A stretch of DNA of 63,758 bases, filler included, from Kipferlia bialata (Eukaryota), in NCBI GenBank assembly GCA_003568945.1. It is 4 parts of 4 records of this genome, joined end to end, with 100 filler letters (N's around TTAATTAATTAA, not from the genome) between each part and the next. Parts side by side here need not be neighbours in the genome. Positions count along the whole stretch, not along the records: positions 38,663 to 57,863 come from BDIP01000438.1; positions 57,964 to 63,758 come from BDIP01000488.1; 2 more parts are not named here. One strand, given 5' to 3'. Below are positions 50,801 through 63,758 of the stretch, piece after piece. Below the pieces are notes generated by a model that saw only the letters and a program-made list of their open reading frames with translations, ran no database searches and had not been told where the DNA came from. The position numbers and the translations under genes were made by a program. Each line of letters starts with the position of its first letter. Position 1 is the first letter of the stretch.

Positions 50801-53732
50801 GGGCAGTGCCATACCTGGGTCCAGGAAGGAGGCGGGGCATGTCGGGAGGTATGCATTGTTGAGAGATCGCCTTGTAGAGATGTGAAGGCGTGTGTCTGGT
50901 GCAGTATCGCTATCATTATCCTTATACACTATGTTTCACTAACCCTCTAACCCTCTAGACCAGGCGACTCTGCCCCCCGTGTGTCTGGGGCTGGTGAGTG
51001 GGCTGTGGTGCCATCCCTGCAGAAGATGCACCTGAGGATCATGATCAATGATGGAATATCAAGGAGGGACATCAGGTATCGAGTACATAATGCGTATATA
51101 CGGTGTATATGGGGTATGGTTTGTCTATTAGGATCAACGACGGCATATCCAGGAGGGACATCAGGTATATCATGGTATAAGTGTATAGAGAGAGAATACT
51201 ATATGGTTGATGAGGGTATAGGGTTTGTCTATTAGGTTCATGATCAACAATGGCATATCCAGGAGGGACATCAGGTATAGCATGATATTAATATATGGAG
51301 AGATATAGGAGGGACATTAGGTATAGCATGATATTATTATATGGAGAGATATAGGAGGGACATTAGGTATTTGTGACACGTCCTCTAATAATGCTGCGTA
51401 CAGGAATCGATGTATATGTACCACCATATACTCACCCCCCAGGAAGAACTGGGGCCACGACATCTATTAATGATATGGATGGTATATATATACATATTTG
51501 TATATATGTATGTATGCATATATATATACATATACACATTGACCCAGGAAGAACCGGGGCTATGACCACCGACTATTGCTTCCTCACTCTCTCTCTCTTT
51601 CTCTCTCTCTCTCTCTATATATATATGTATGTATACATACCTTCATTCACCTCAGGAAGAACAGGGGCTATGACCACCGTGTCTCTAAGGCCAGTCAGAG
51701 ACTGGACCCCAGAATACCAGCATTCCTAGCCAAAAACACAGCCAGGGAGAGGTATGTATTGTATTTATCTGAACGGTACATGACGATATATGATATGGTA
51801 TGCACACTATACAACTAACCCCCTAGAGTCCACACTGCTGATGGCACCCATATATACAGTAGTATAGTGGTATATTTATAAATGACATTTGCTTACACCC
51901 CAGAGTCCACACTGCAGATGGCACCCGACTCAGGGCTGAGAAGGCCAACAGCCTCAGTAGAGACAGGGACAAGGAGGCGGGGCATGCTAGGTACTCATGG
52001 TTGAATATGTGTACCTACAATTCTGCTATATCAGAAGGCAAAAGCGACATCATCTCCCTCTCTCTCCCTGTACTAAGATACCTCTCACTCCCCCTAGGTT
52101 TGAGCAGCGTCTGTCCGGTATGCTCAAGGCCTCATCTGCCACACCCAGGGAGGGCAGGGGGAGGTATGGATAGATACACATATAAGCTTATGTATACATA
52201 TCTATTGTGGAAGGGGGGGGGGTGGGATAGAGAGAGAGATAGGCCTCATCTGCCACACCCAGGGAGGGCAGGGGGAGGTGTTTGTATATTAGTATATATA
52301 TATGGTGTTACATAGTGAAAGGCATCTGCCACTATTAGGGAGGGAAGGGGGAGGTACGTATATATATATGGACGTATGAGATCATTGAATGAAGGCGTGT
52401 GTATATCAGGTAGGACCCTAGCATCCCTCACCCCCAGGCAGAGCATCAGTGGCTGGAGAGACAGGTCTAGGGCCATGACAAGGTGAGGGGCATACATATT
52501 ATTGGAATTTACGTGGACAGTGTATATACATACCAGACATTCTTCTACCTTACCATTAGGCAGGGTGCTGACCCCTCTCTGACCTCCATCCCCGATGGCA
52601 TACATAACAGCAGACCGGACCTGTTCCAGTCCAGCGAGGGTAAGAAGCACTCAATGTGTATTCTTATATCTCACTGTATATATAGTTGTATATTGACAGA
52701 TGTGTTGTTGCTATATAGCCACCAGACCGGACCTGTTTCATTCCAACGAGGGTATGTACTGCCACTATATATATACATATGGATGTGGACAATTACGTTA
52801 CATTTGAGGATATGTAGTCCCTCTCTCACTCTCCCAGGCCACACTGCCAGGGCCGGCTCTCGGTCTGTGTCTCAGTCCCGACAGAGGGAGGGGGAGGGGG
52901 GGATGCACGAGAGGCACACGCCAAGGTATATATAGTAGAATATAGCTAGGGATATGCTTCATAGTGTGGTATGCAAGTCGTCTTGTGTTCTGCGAGCTTA
53001 CCCCCCTCTTCAAATCCTCCCACATTATACAAGACGTACTCCCTACACATTATATATATATATATACACTATATATATATGCACAGATGCATGTATGCTG
53101 ATACTACTCACTTCAGATCCTCACGCCTTGTCCCCCAGGACATGTCCCTGCGTGACACAGATGGAAGGGCATCAGTCACCCCGGCACCCAATGCAGGGGG
53201 GGGACACACACACACATCACAGTCACAGAAGAGAGAGAGGGCCCAGAGCAAGGGGGGGCCGAGGTACAAACATACTATTTCAGCATTGTATGTCTCCCCT
53301 CCTCAATCTCTCTCCCTCTTACCCCCAGGGCCAGTGCCACTGCCTACAGACACTCCATAGCATCCAGACTGGGAGATGAACACGACGCAGTCATAGCAGC
53401 CGCAGAGGAGGTATGGGCATGTACATCTCTATGTTATTGATATCACATGCATTCTGACCCCAGCGTAACAAGGCCTCTGCCAATGTGTGGAGCCCAGCCC
53501 TCAGGGCATCACTCCCGCAGCCAAAGGTGTGGGTTCATGAGATATATACTTGTGCTATGTGTACAGATGTCTCTCTGCATCTGAATATCCTAGTGGAGTA
53601 ATACCATAATAAGCCTGATGTCTTTATTTGTTTGAACTCTATACTCCATCGTCTCATTCCCCTCACCCCCAGGACCTGGGCAGACTGTCAGCCCTGGGGA
53701 GCAGAGAGGGGAACGACTGGCTCTTCGAGGTA

Positions 53733-53784
<52 letters not shown>

Positions 53785-55953
53785 TTAATAATATCCCCAC
53801 CCTTAACCCAGTCCAAGCTCCACCACCCTCTCTTTCCAAAATTTGTCTTCTAGTGCATCTGCATACACAATTGAATATGACCCCAGGTCCAGTCCAAGCT
53901 GAAGCACCTGACCCCCACCATGCCGGCTGGACACACGTCAGACACAGCAGGGGGGGAGGTATGGGTATACATATATACTCTATATATATATGTACATATA
54001 CCATAAGATATATCCATGCCAGCTGGACACACGTCAGACACACCCACAGCAGGGGGGGANNNNNNTATCCATGCCAGCTGGACACACGTCAGACACACCC
54101 ACAGCAGGGGGGGAGGTATACTAAATAATACTTCTCTATTAGTATATGGTATAATTCATATATGGTGTATATATATATAGTATAGTATGGCATACCTGTG
54201 ACACACCCCAGCCATGTCTGTTTCCTTTCTGATGATGTCGACGAATAGGTACATAGCTACCCTATACTATGTATCCCCCCCCACCCCCTGATCCCAGTCC
54301 CAGTCATACATATATACATATATACATATATATGCATACCCCCTGACCCCAGTCGCAGGGCCTTGGTCTGAGGGTGGCCATGCCCCACATAGGCACACCA
54401 AACAGTCAGGTGGGTGTATATATGTTACTATATATAGCTAGATACAAGTTAATATATATATACATATAACATACATGGTGTTATAACGCCAAACAGTCAG
54501 CTACTGAATGTAATCTTTAGGATAGGATAACATGTGATAACTGCTAACATTTGTGATTATTCTATGATACTACTTTCCTTACCATCTAGATCTGGAACCG
54601 ACAGAGGGAGAGAGAGAAGGATCATCTGAGAGACCTTGAGGAGTTGGGGGCCGAGTCATCAACATTCATGACATCCACTCTGGGTATGTGGATATATAGT
54701 CAATCCACTAGTACTGGTATCTTCTGAACCCAGCCCTTGCCCTCGACACAACCCTAGATAGTATGTATACTTGTGTGTATGAATACATTGTATACATAAG
54801 TAGCATATATATATCCTATACTCACCCCAGCCCTTGCCATGGACACCCCCCTAGATAGTATGTATGCAAATACCTATATCTAATATATATATCTTCCTGT
54901 CATATACTATACCAACATCAGCCCTTGCCCTCGACACCCCCCTTGATAGTATGAGGAGTGGGCACTACGGGGAGGTCACACGGCCAGGGCCATCAGACTA
55001 CACAGGTATGGAAGTATAGAGGTGTGTCGTGTGGGTGTGACTGATTGTGACAAGTGCGTGTATCTGATGGGTATGGTACTGTCTCTAACCCCTTCAGATG
55101 TCGCAAGTGTCGTAGGCCCCCACTCACGTGCCAAGAGTTCCCTGGATATCCACACACCTAGTCTGGCATCTCTACCTGGCCTTAGACCCAAGCAGATACT
55201 CAGGTATACTCTCTTTCTCTCTCTCCCTCCCTCTACATTCTTATCACATCATGTGTATCTCTCTCTCTCTCCCTACACCCTTTAACCATCAGGGCCCAGG
55301 CCAGGGGCAGGAAGAGTGCCCTGGCCATAGTGCAGAGAGTGTCAGCCAGTCCCCTCGCAGTGCCCCGGGTGCTGCCCACCCTCTACAGCCCAGAGCCCAG
55401 CAGGCCCAGCACACACCTTAGCGAGAAGGGGGCCATGCTCAGAGACGCAAGGTGCCAACATTAGAATACATACATATATGTGTGTATATATATATGTGTG
55501 TGGGTATGGTGTCTATACACACATCAGCGAGAAGGGGGCCATGCTCAGAGACGCAAGGTGTGTACATGTGTATATGATATAGACATTGTATGTTTGTGGC
55601 TATCACGCGTACATATGGTTCTCTATGTATTGTTTCTAACCCTTAGGCGCACCAGACGACTGGTGGAGGATACCATGCACGAACTGGATGCTGTGAGGCC
55701 GAGGTATTTACACATGTACACGTATGTATTCCGTACCATAGTACACCATGTATAACGTGATTATCTCTCTTCCTGTGACGCACAAGTAGGACCCTACGCT
55801 AGTACTATGAGTATATGTGCATAGTAGTGTGTGTGCGCTCTCTCTCTATGTGCGTGTGTGTATGTGTGTATATGTATAATGTCCCTGACACTCAGGGGCG
55901 GTCTTGACAAGGAGGACCCCTATGCAGACATAGCCAAGAGGGTGCTGGACTGA
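47813..55953 (+). CDS. Large hypothetical low-complexity protein encoded by roughly 30 short exons
   Basis: ATG 47813 (MAGNPDPTSL..), a chain of phase-compatible exons with CNNACCCCCAG acceptors and GTA/GTG donors, last exon GGLDKEDPYADIAKRVLD* (TGA 55951-55953). Confidence 0.6.
48768..49183 (+). repeat. Five direct copies of a ~35-bp exon end plus donor site, ~95-bp period
   Basis: CTCGTGTCAAACAGAGAGTCATTCTGCA starts at 48771, 48867, 48962, 49056 and 49156. Confidence 0.9.
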
Positions 55954-56344
55954 CACAGGGGGTATTGTATGAATAGACAGGGGTGGATGTAGATGTATTG
56001 GGAGTACTCCCAGAAGTGGACATGGGATATATTGGTATGCAGGGCGCCTGATAGGTACAAATGGCCTGCTGCTGTTCCGTCGCATTAAACAAACACCTTT
56101 TGTGCTGTTTACCCATCTATCACTGATACACAGGCGCCATTTGGGCTGAATATGCTGCTAGTTGACATTTGTGGTGGCTATAACACCGAAAGATTCTACA
56201 GTAGCAGTCATCAACCTGAAACCATTGTGAAACCCTCAGTTTGGACACCTCAACAGCACTGTTGACCTTTGACTGAACAGATACCCTCAGGGTCTAAGAG
56301 GCCACTGACACACATCCCTCTTCAGACACACGAACAAAGGCCCC

Positions 56345-57430
56345 ATGCTGAATCAGCCAGACAACTTCCATCCTGTGAATCGTGTTGATGGTGTGTACCC
56401 AAGTGTACGCTGGACAATAGGGATAGGCCCTGGGAGGGTTGTGGTGGTATCTTACGACTTCAAGTATGTGTCCCTTCTGACTCGTCCAACAAGTGAGAGA
56501 GACCAGTATGTCGAAGAGTATCGAGCACGTCTACCAGAGCGAGGATGCCAGGAGCTCTCGTTTGGCTATGCTGACATAGTTCTCTACCGTCTCAGTTGGG
56601 ACTGTAAGAAAGACAGTCCATTCAATATTCACACTGTAGACCTGGGGTCTGGTACCTGCACACGTTTAAGTATCAACCACACACAGTCGGATATACAACC
56701 TCTCGGGAGGTACGACCCTTTAGTGTTTGCCCTTGATGGCCACATTGTGTTGGCTGGTGGAGAGGCAGCAGGATTAGCTGCCGACCTCAACAAGACTTGG
56801 GTGCTCAGTCCCGAGACTACTACGTGGACATACCACAGCACTCCGCTGTCACACATCTTTGCCGATAGCTGTGTAGTTGTGTCTGGTTCTGCGGCATACA
56901 TAGTCGTTAAGACTGTACTTTGGACATTCACACTTGCTAGAGGCTGGTATCGGGTTGGCTCTTGTCCAATTTCTGGCGGTGACCGTCAGTCAATCGTGAT
57001 GGTACGTTTTGTCCTTGAAAGTGTTTCCAAAGGTTTCTATTAGTATTCTATATTGCTTAAGTGATTCTTTCCGTGTCTAGTTTGTGCTCTGATACACATC
57101 TCAATCGGACGTGACAGCTGATGTCTTACACCCTAGCCACATGGACAGTACCTGGTATCAGTTCCAAGTTCAGAGTACACTAGACAAGACGAGAAGGTAT
57201 ACGCATATGACACCATTAGTGGTGAGTGGCTGGACTGGGGTGGGGTGTCTAAGCCCTGGAAGTACCTAAGCACATGGCAATGTCTCAGTTCTGTCTGCGG
57301 AGAGGCCCTAGTACCAAATACCAATAACTCATGCTCTTCCATATCTATCGACCCTGAGCTGGTATACCCACACCCTGACCTGCATTGGGCATACTCCCCA
57401 CCCAGCAGTGTGTGGCATGCAGAGGAGTAG
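56345..57430 (+). CDS. Kelch-type beta-propeller family protein, 2 exons
   Basis: Exon 1 56345-57001 (VFALDGHIVLAGG..KTWVLSPETTTWT); exon 2 from ~57137 (YLVSV..VYAYDTISGEWLDWG..IDPELVYPHPDLHWA..*). Confidence 0.75.
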
Positions 57431-57730
57431 AGAATGGATTGATGTACAATGAAGTACGTTATCGGCTCTCTATCCAACGCATATTCTTGTTCGTCTAACC
57501 GTTCCATACTAACACGCGTTATGAACGCTAGATTCTGTGTATGTAGCAAGACTACTAGACACTGTTGATGACTCCTCCAAACCTGAGAGATTGAATGTCA
57601 TTTACTAGACACAAGTGGCCTCCACACAAAACACACTACAAACACAATAGAAAGAACTCGTCACCCATATTGAAACAGACAAACGAAAGAGGAAGAAGGG
57701 AACAGAGAGGCAGAAGAAACCCCCCCATAC

Positions 57731-57863
57731 TCAGTCCATCATATCAAGGCTCTGATCCTCCAGAGTCTCAGTCTCAGCCTCCTCCTCTGTGTTGGCCTCC
57801 TCTGTCTTTGGAGTGCCCTCTGCACTCTCTGCCTCTCTCTCTCCCTCAGCCACTTCTCCTACA
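57731..57863 (-). CDS. Acidic C-terminal end of a gene truncated by the contig end
   Basis: EKWLRERERQSAEGTPKTEEANTEEEAETETLEDQSLDMMD*. Confidence 0.4.
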
Positions 57864-57963
57864 NNNNNNNNNNNNNNNNNNNNNNNNNNNNNNNNNNNNN
57901 NNNNNNNTTAATTAATTAANNNNNNNNNNNNNNNNNNNNNNNNNNNNNNNNNNNNNNNNNNNN
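57864..57963. other. Artificial contig linker N-TTAATTAATTAA-N
   Basis: Same 12-mer at 57908-57919. Confidence 0.95.
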
Positions 57964-57976
57964 GGGTCCTTGTTTT

Positions 57977-58010
<34 letters not shown>

Positions 58011-58022
58011 TTACCCCTCTAG

Positions 58023-60786
58023 GAGGCTGAGCTGGATGTCCTGGCCTACTTTGCCACCCTCGGCCTGTCATCCCTGGACAGCCACTCCAGGTACACGCAT
58101 GTGTTGGGAACTTATGGGTATAGTGTCTGTTCATTACCCCCCACCCTTGTTGGGATAGTCAATGTACTGAGGCCCTCTCTCACCCCAGGGCCCTTGGGTT
58201 TGTACTGTTCCGTAACCTGGCCTGTGTGGACATTCTCCTAGGTACATATGCGCATACACTAGCTTTCACAGCCGTCTGTGGGATATTTCCCCCCTACACA
58301 ATATATTTGTCCTTACCCCCAGGTGTGACTGCCGCCCAGACCGCTGTGGACGTGCTTGGTATGGACGGGGAGGGGGAGAGGGAGAGGGAGGGAGACCTCC
58401 CCGAGGACCTCGACCTTGAGGAGTATCTGTGTGCCGTGCACATGTGTGTGAGTATGGCAGCCCGGTATGCAGAGTGGGACACAGACCAGGTGGTGATATG
58501 TTGTATATGTATATATATATATATGTTGTATATATGTTGTATATGTATATATATATATGGTATGTATATATATGTATGTATACATACATGATATGCAGAA
58601 TGGGACCAGGTGGGTGGATCAATGATGTATACTGCAATTTCTATGAAAACGGTATCATATCCTCCCCTTACCCCCAGGTTGCTGAGGAGGCTGTGCATGC
58701 CGTCAGGGATGTGTGTGAGGCAGCCCTGGCTTCTGTCACAGCAGTTCTCTCATCCTGCCAGGCCCTTGGGCCCCTCAGGACAAGGTGCATAACTCCATCG
58801 TTATAGGCCCTCCTCTGCAGCATCCTACTATAGTACTATCCGTCTCCACCATGTCATGCCATGTCTGACCCCCAGACTGGCCCTGACCCTTGTGTGCCCC
58901 AACCTGCACCTCCTCCCCATGGAGGTTGGGGACTTTGCAGTCGAGGCCCTGCTCCAGCTGCCCCAGCCCCATGTGGGCAGTGCGGCAAGGTGAGATACAT
59001 AGTATAGCATAGCACTGTATAAGTGAGAGGTAGTGAGGAGTCGGTAGTACATAGCACCCGTGTTCCTATATATATAACCCCTAGGTGCATGCTGGACCCT
59101 GTCAATGGAGTGACCGACACCCAGGGCCTGCCATCAAGGGCCCTGGACGCCCTCAGGTACTAAGGGTCTAGTGGATAATGGATAGGGTCTTGAGGAAGTG
59201 TATACATCCATGTCACTATCCGTAGCTGTATGTATAATAGCTATATATCCCCCCTGACCCCAGGATGTGTGGGGACCTCACCACCGGGTGTGGGGCCACT
59301 CCAGTGGACACCCCTGCCGCACTGTTTGCACGCATAGCAAGGTGGGAGAGGGTGCATGTGTATATGTGTACATGTATATTAATGTGTTCATCGTCTTTCT
59401 TTTATCTCTGTGGCAATCTATGGACGGAGTAGCAAGTGGGCGATAGGTACCCCTCCCTCTGATCATATCTCCCTTTGTTCTCATTCACCCTCAGGTTCAT
59501 TGGCAGCAGTGAGAGTGAGAGACTCGAGCCCTCCGAGTTACAGGCTGTATCTGCAGTGCTCAGTGCAGGTGGGTCATACTGCATGTATCATGGATACCCT
59601 ACACCATACACCCACTTACACACCCTATGCCTCATGTATCAGGCAGGGTAGGGGAGGGTCCCTCCGAGACCGCCCTCTATGCCGCAGGAGTCAGTGACCT
59701 GAGGAACTACCTCTTTGTGTCGCTGGCTGACCCCCTGCTCCACCAGGAGGCAGGAGACACCCTGGTGCAGGTGGGTGATACTGATGTATCTATGACTGAT
59801 ACTGATACTGATACTGATACTGAGACACCCTGGTGCAGGTGGGGGCTGTGGTATTTGTATATATCTATGTACAGGACTACTGGATGTTGCAGAGGTGTAT
59901 CTCCGTACTTCTGACCCCCAGGCCCTGTCTCTGTGTGGCCAGGCCAGCACTGACCTAGACCTCGCCCCCCTGCTGGTGTCAGCACTGTGCCTGCTATTCT
60001 CAGGTGGGGGGAGTGGGATGTATTAAGTGTTATTTATCATACATATCATACATATCTCATATATGCCCTCTCATATGGCTGGGAGTCTGTGTCTCCCCTA
60101 TCATATATCCACACACACAAACCCATCACCCTCACCCTCCAGACTCCTATGCCGCATGTCGGGACGGAGTTGCTGCCCTTGTCACAAGGTATATCTACAT
60201 GTGTGTATGAATTAGGTTAATATATGCAAGTCACTTCAGAATACATGGTGTGTCTCTGACGCTGTACATTTGCTCTACATATTCACATCCCTGACCCCCA
60301 GACTTGTGAGGCTCCCTGGCATTGGCGCCATGTTTGCAGAGGCATTGAGGACAGCACCCGCAGAGGTCACAGGTACAGAGAGTCTATATATGCATAGGGA
60401 TATACATATAGATACAGTGAGGACAGCACCCGCAGAGGTCACAGGTACAGAGAGTCTATATATGCATACAGATACATAGGCATATAGATGGATTGAGGAC
60501 AGCACCCGCAGAGCTCACAGGTATAGAGGGGGTAGAGGATAATCATATGTACATTGCCGATATCACCCGCATATGTGACAGGAACAGGAAGAAGGGGTGT
60601 GTGGTTTAGATTCAACTCATATGTATACTCCTCATACACCACACTATGTCAGACCATGTCACAGAGTGTTAATGGGTGTTCTGTCATGCCCCCTCATATA
60701 TCAATATATCTATATATCTCTCTCACGCTCAGGGGCTGCTGAGCTGGCCCCTGTCTATGACGCCCTGGCAGACAGCATGGCATAGG
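58023..60786 (+). CDS. Hypothetical alpha-helical (solenoid-like) protein, at least 13 exons, 5'-incomplete
   Basis: Exon starts 58023, 58189, 58323, 58678, 58876, 59086, 59264, 59495, 59643, 59922, 60143, 60302, 60733; Leu/Ala-rich product ending AELAPVYDALADSMA*. Confidence 0.6.
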
Positions 60787-61147
60787 CATAGATGGTGTAG
60801 GTGTACTAAGTCACCTGAAACAGCGGAGTCGGTTGTGCCCACAATGCAATAGATTGTTTTGTATGGTTAATGGTTATATATGGATGTGGAGTCCTGGGGT
60901 AGTGACTGTGAATGTAGGAAGTATGTGAACAGAATCGAGTGCAACAGGTCAACCCCTCGACATATTGGTCTCGACACATACCGCATGTGTCGTCTGTAAC
61001 GCATATACTATGACGCATAGACTATGAGTGATATAGGACATGCATTGGTCATTAGAGCCTTTGGGACCATTCAAGGCATTGCCACACATTGACAAATGAT
61101 ACAGTGACACTGACCCACACCCAATCTGATGAGTAGCTGAGGCTGTT

Positions 61148-63758
61148 CTATTGCAATGGAACCTCGTACCGTCCGTCCCTCACACCAATAACGTTCATGC
61201 ACCGTTTGGCTAGAGAGTCCTGGGGTCAGGGAGAGGGGGTACGACTGATGACATAAACATTACCCAGTGGACATATCAGTATCCAACCAGTCACAACGCA
61301 TACTGATACTAATGGAGTGCTGTCTAGTGAACATGTGTCCCACCACCTGTCATATATATACATACATCTATATATACCATATATATATACAACATCCATG
61401 CATCCATGTGCCACCCCCACCTTGTGTATATCAGATGCATGTCATATATATATATATACTAATACATAANCCCACCTTGTGTATATCAGATGCATGTCAT
61501 ATATATATATATACTAATACATAAATATATATATGCCACCCCCACCTTGTGTATGGCAGATGCATGTCATATATATATATATACTTATATATATACTAAT
61601 ACATAAATATATATATGCCACCCCCACCTTATGTATGGCAGATGCCACAGACAGCACTCGAGTGGTAGCAGGGTCAGACAGAGAGTGAAGCTGGGCAAGG
61701 GCAGGGTGCCTGGAGCGCTTGGACCTTCGACTGGAAGTGCCTAGGCATCAGGATTGGATACCAGTATATACCAATTACACCTATACACACAAGCACAAAT
61801 CTCTACCAACCCACAATGTTACCGATCAAATACCTATACCTATACCCATACCTAGTGGCGATGCTGGTCTCTTGGAGGGTGGGGGGGATAGGTTGTCGAG
61901 GTGCAACATGTCTGGGTCATGTACCACCACCACACTCTCCTCAGAACCCTCGGCCTCTCTCTCTCTCTCCTGATCCAACCGGATCTCCCTCTCCAGCCTC
62001 TCCCTCTCCCTCTGCTGTTGTGTCTCATACAGCGCTATCAACTCTGCCATACCAACATTGAACCCAGGCACCATTCGACTCTCCCTGGGTCTATCCCTCT
62101 CCTTCTCTCTCTCCCTCTCTCTGGGTGCCTCCCCACACACAGCCTTCTCCAACACAATGTTGGAGTTGTGTCTGGAGTAAGGGGATGGAATAGAACCCAT
62201 GTATATACAAACGTCCCTAGATCTACCTTCAATCAAAAACAGCATCTAACGTCAATATATCAGATCAGTGTATCCACGAACGCATAGAGGTTTGTGTAAG
62301 TATATATATATATATATACAACACGTACTGACTAAGCCTGTGCAGCGATGTCAACAGCCGTATCAGCTGGTGGGGTGATATGTGACCTCTGATGCGGCAC
62401 TTGGTGCCAGCCACAGTCACACGGCACCGGACCTGAGGGTCAGGATCACAATTATACATAACTGCACATAAACTGTACATTAATATACATAACTGTGTAG
62501 AGGGAGAGCACAACGGATATATGGCTGGTGGCAAAATGGATGGTATCCAGAGGTGTAAGGAGATGACACCACGCACCCTGGCCCCGTATGGGAATTGGTC
62601 ACTGGACACAACGGTGGGTACGTCTGTGGCGTTGTTGGACCCGTATGACACTGCGTCACAGGCCAGTCGCAGCATGTCACACCCAAAGAACATGACTGAG
62701 TCGTTGGTACCCACAATGTGCACCTGGGGGGTGGGCACCAGCAGTATGCACAATGCATATACATATATATACATATATATAGTGTGCACAGTGCATATAC
62801 ACAGTCCACCATAGCAGTCTGTCTGATACCTTTGGCCACTGTCTGCCATGGGGTCTATGGGTACTTGACCCACCCTCCCTATCTGACTGGGTCTGTGTGC
62901 CAGGTAGGGGTGTGTGTCTGCCGCTGGTGACCTCCTTGGCTAGTCTGGGGGGGTGAGACACATGATACAGGAGGGGGGCAATACTGATACGAACACTATA
63001 TACACTAAATCTAGCAGCGACAGGGAGCTAGCAAATGCTAGTCAGAAATATAACCACCCCGCACCGCCACCACTAGACACTAGTCACTCGCCTCTACACA
63101 ACACAGGCATTCAACCCTCTTTACAGTCTACCTCCCAATGTGTAATACACCCCCATCCCTCCCCCACCTGATGAGTCCCGGTGTGGCTGGGCTGAGTATG
63201 CAGACACACTCCCTCTGACAGTGCTCAGCCAGGGTCAGGCCGCCTCCCTCGGCCCCGTCTCCCTCTCTCTCCCTCTCCCTGTGTGTGTATGTCTCATCCC
63301 CTATCAGTCTGTCCACCTGCGACGCAGACAGAAACACACCACTCACGCCCTGGCCTAGAGGGTAGAGAGGACGGAGATACCAATAGATACAGCTACATAG
63401 AGAGGAGGGAGACAGGGGGGGAGAGAGATGCCTATAGATACACTACACAGCCATGCCCTCTCCTCCATACCTGCGTCTATGACGTGCCCCATCTTCTGCT
63501 CCCCTGCTATGACAGCCTCGACAACAGAGGCTAAAGCACATCTGAACCTGCCTATGCGTCTGAGGAGTGATGCAAAGAGAGTGGTGTCCTGGGGTGGGAG
63601 GGACAGCGCGTGGGGAATAATGTATCCATAAACACCAATTTATTCACATATATTTACATTATTGCTTATACGTTCATACACCCACCTGCATGCTAGGGGT
63701 GTGGGGCATTGAGTAGTGGCCCCATGCCCGTCTGAAGAGCGACTCCCCGCCCACCCCC
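61148..63758 (-). CDS. Hypothetical multi-exon protein, 5'-incomplete
   Basis: Canonical splice sites; last exons ..LSVASAIHK|DSLAKRCMNVIGVRDGRYEVPLQ* (TAG 61150-61148). Confidence 0.55.

Noticed and set aside
62265..62873. Clp1/Nol9-like kinase
   Set aside because: No intact P-loop found; resemblance too weak to support
1..63758. tRNA, rRNA or spliceosomal snRNA genes
   Set aside because: No cloverleaf, T-loop or snRNA signature recognised by eye; a covariance-model search would be needed to exclude them

Overview
Eukaryotic, intron-rich genomic DNA. The (TA)n-rich GT-AG introns with a branch point fused to the acceptor (CTNAC-N3-5-YAG, e.g. CTCACCCCCAG) and the expanded kelch-like and LRR families point to a fornicate metamonad, most likely Kipferlia bialata; this is an inference from pattern, not a database result. 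The window is four unlinked contigs, three of ~19.2 kb plus the first ~5.8 kb of a fourth, joined by artificial N-TTAATTAATTAA-N linkers. Recognisable genes: a bacterial-type FNR-like flavin oxidoreductase, a secreted Amidase_6-type (NlpC/P60 clan) putative peptidoglycan hydrolase, a tandem DUF7726-like protein, LRRC49, UTP12/WDR3, FKBP15-like, a very large FG-GAP/integrin-alpha-like multi-pass receptor with a polyproline tail, several kelch-like genes, and a Helitron-type 3' end. The most striking unexplained structure is that introns throughout the intron-dense genes carry one to five extra copies of half of the neighbouring exon together with its splice site. Most copies sit in different intronic flanks, and many differ from the functional exon mainly at synonymous positions. 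All exon structures and frames were inferred by eye.
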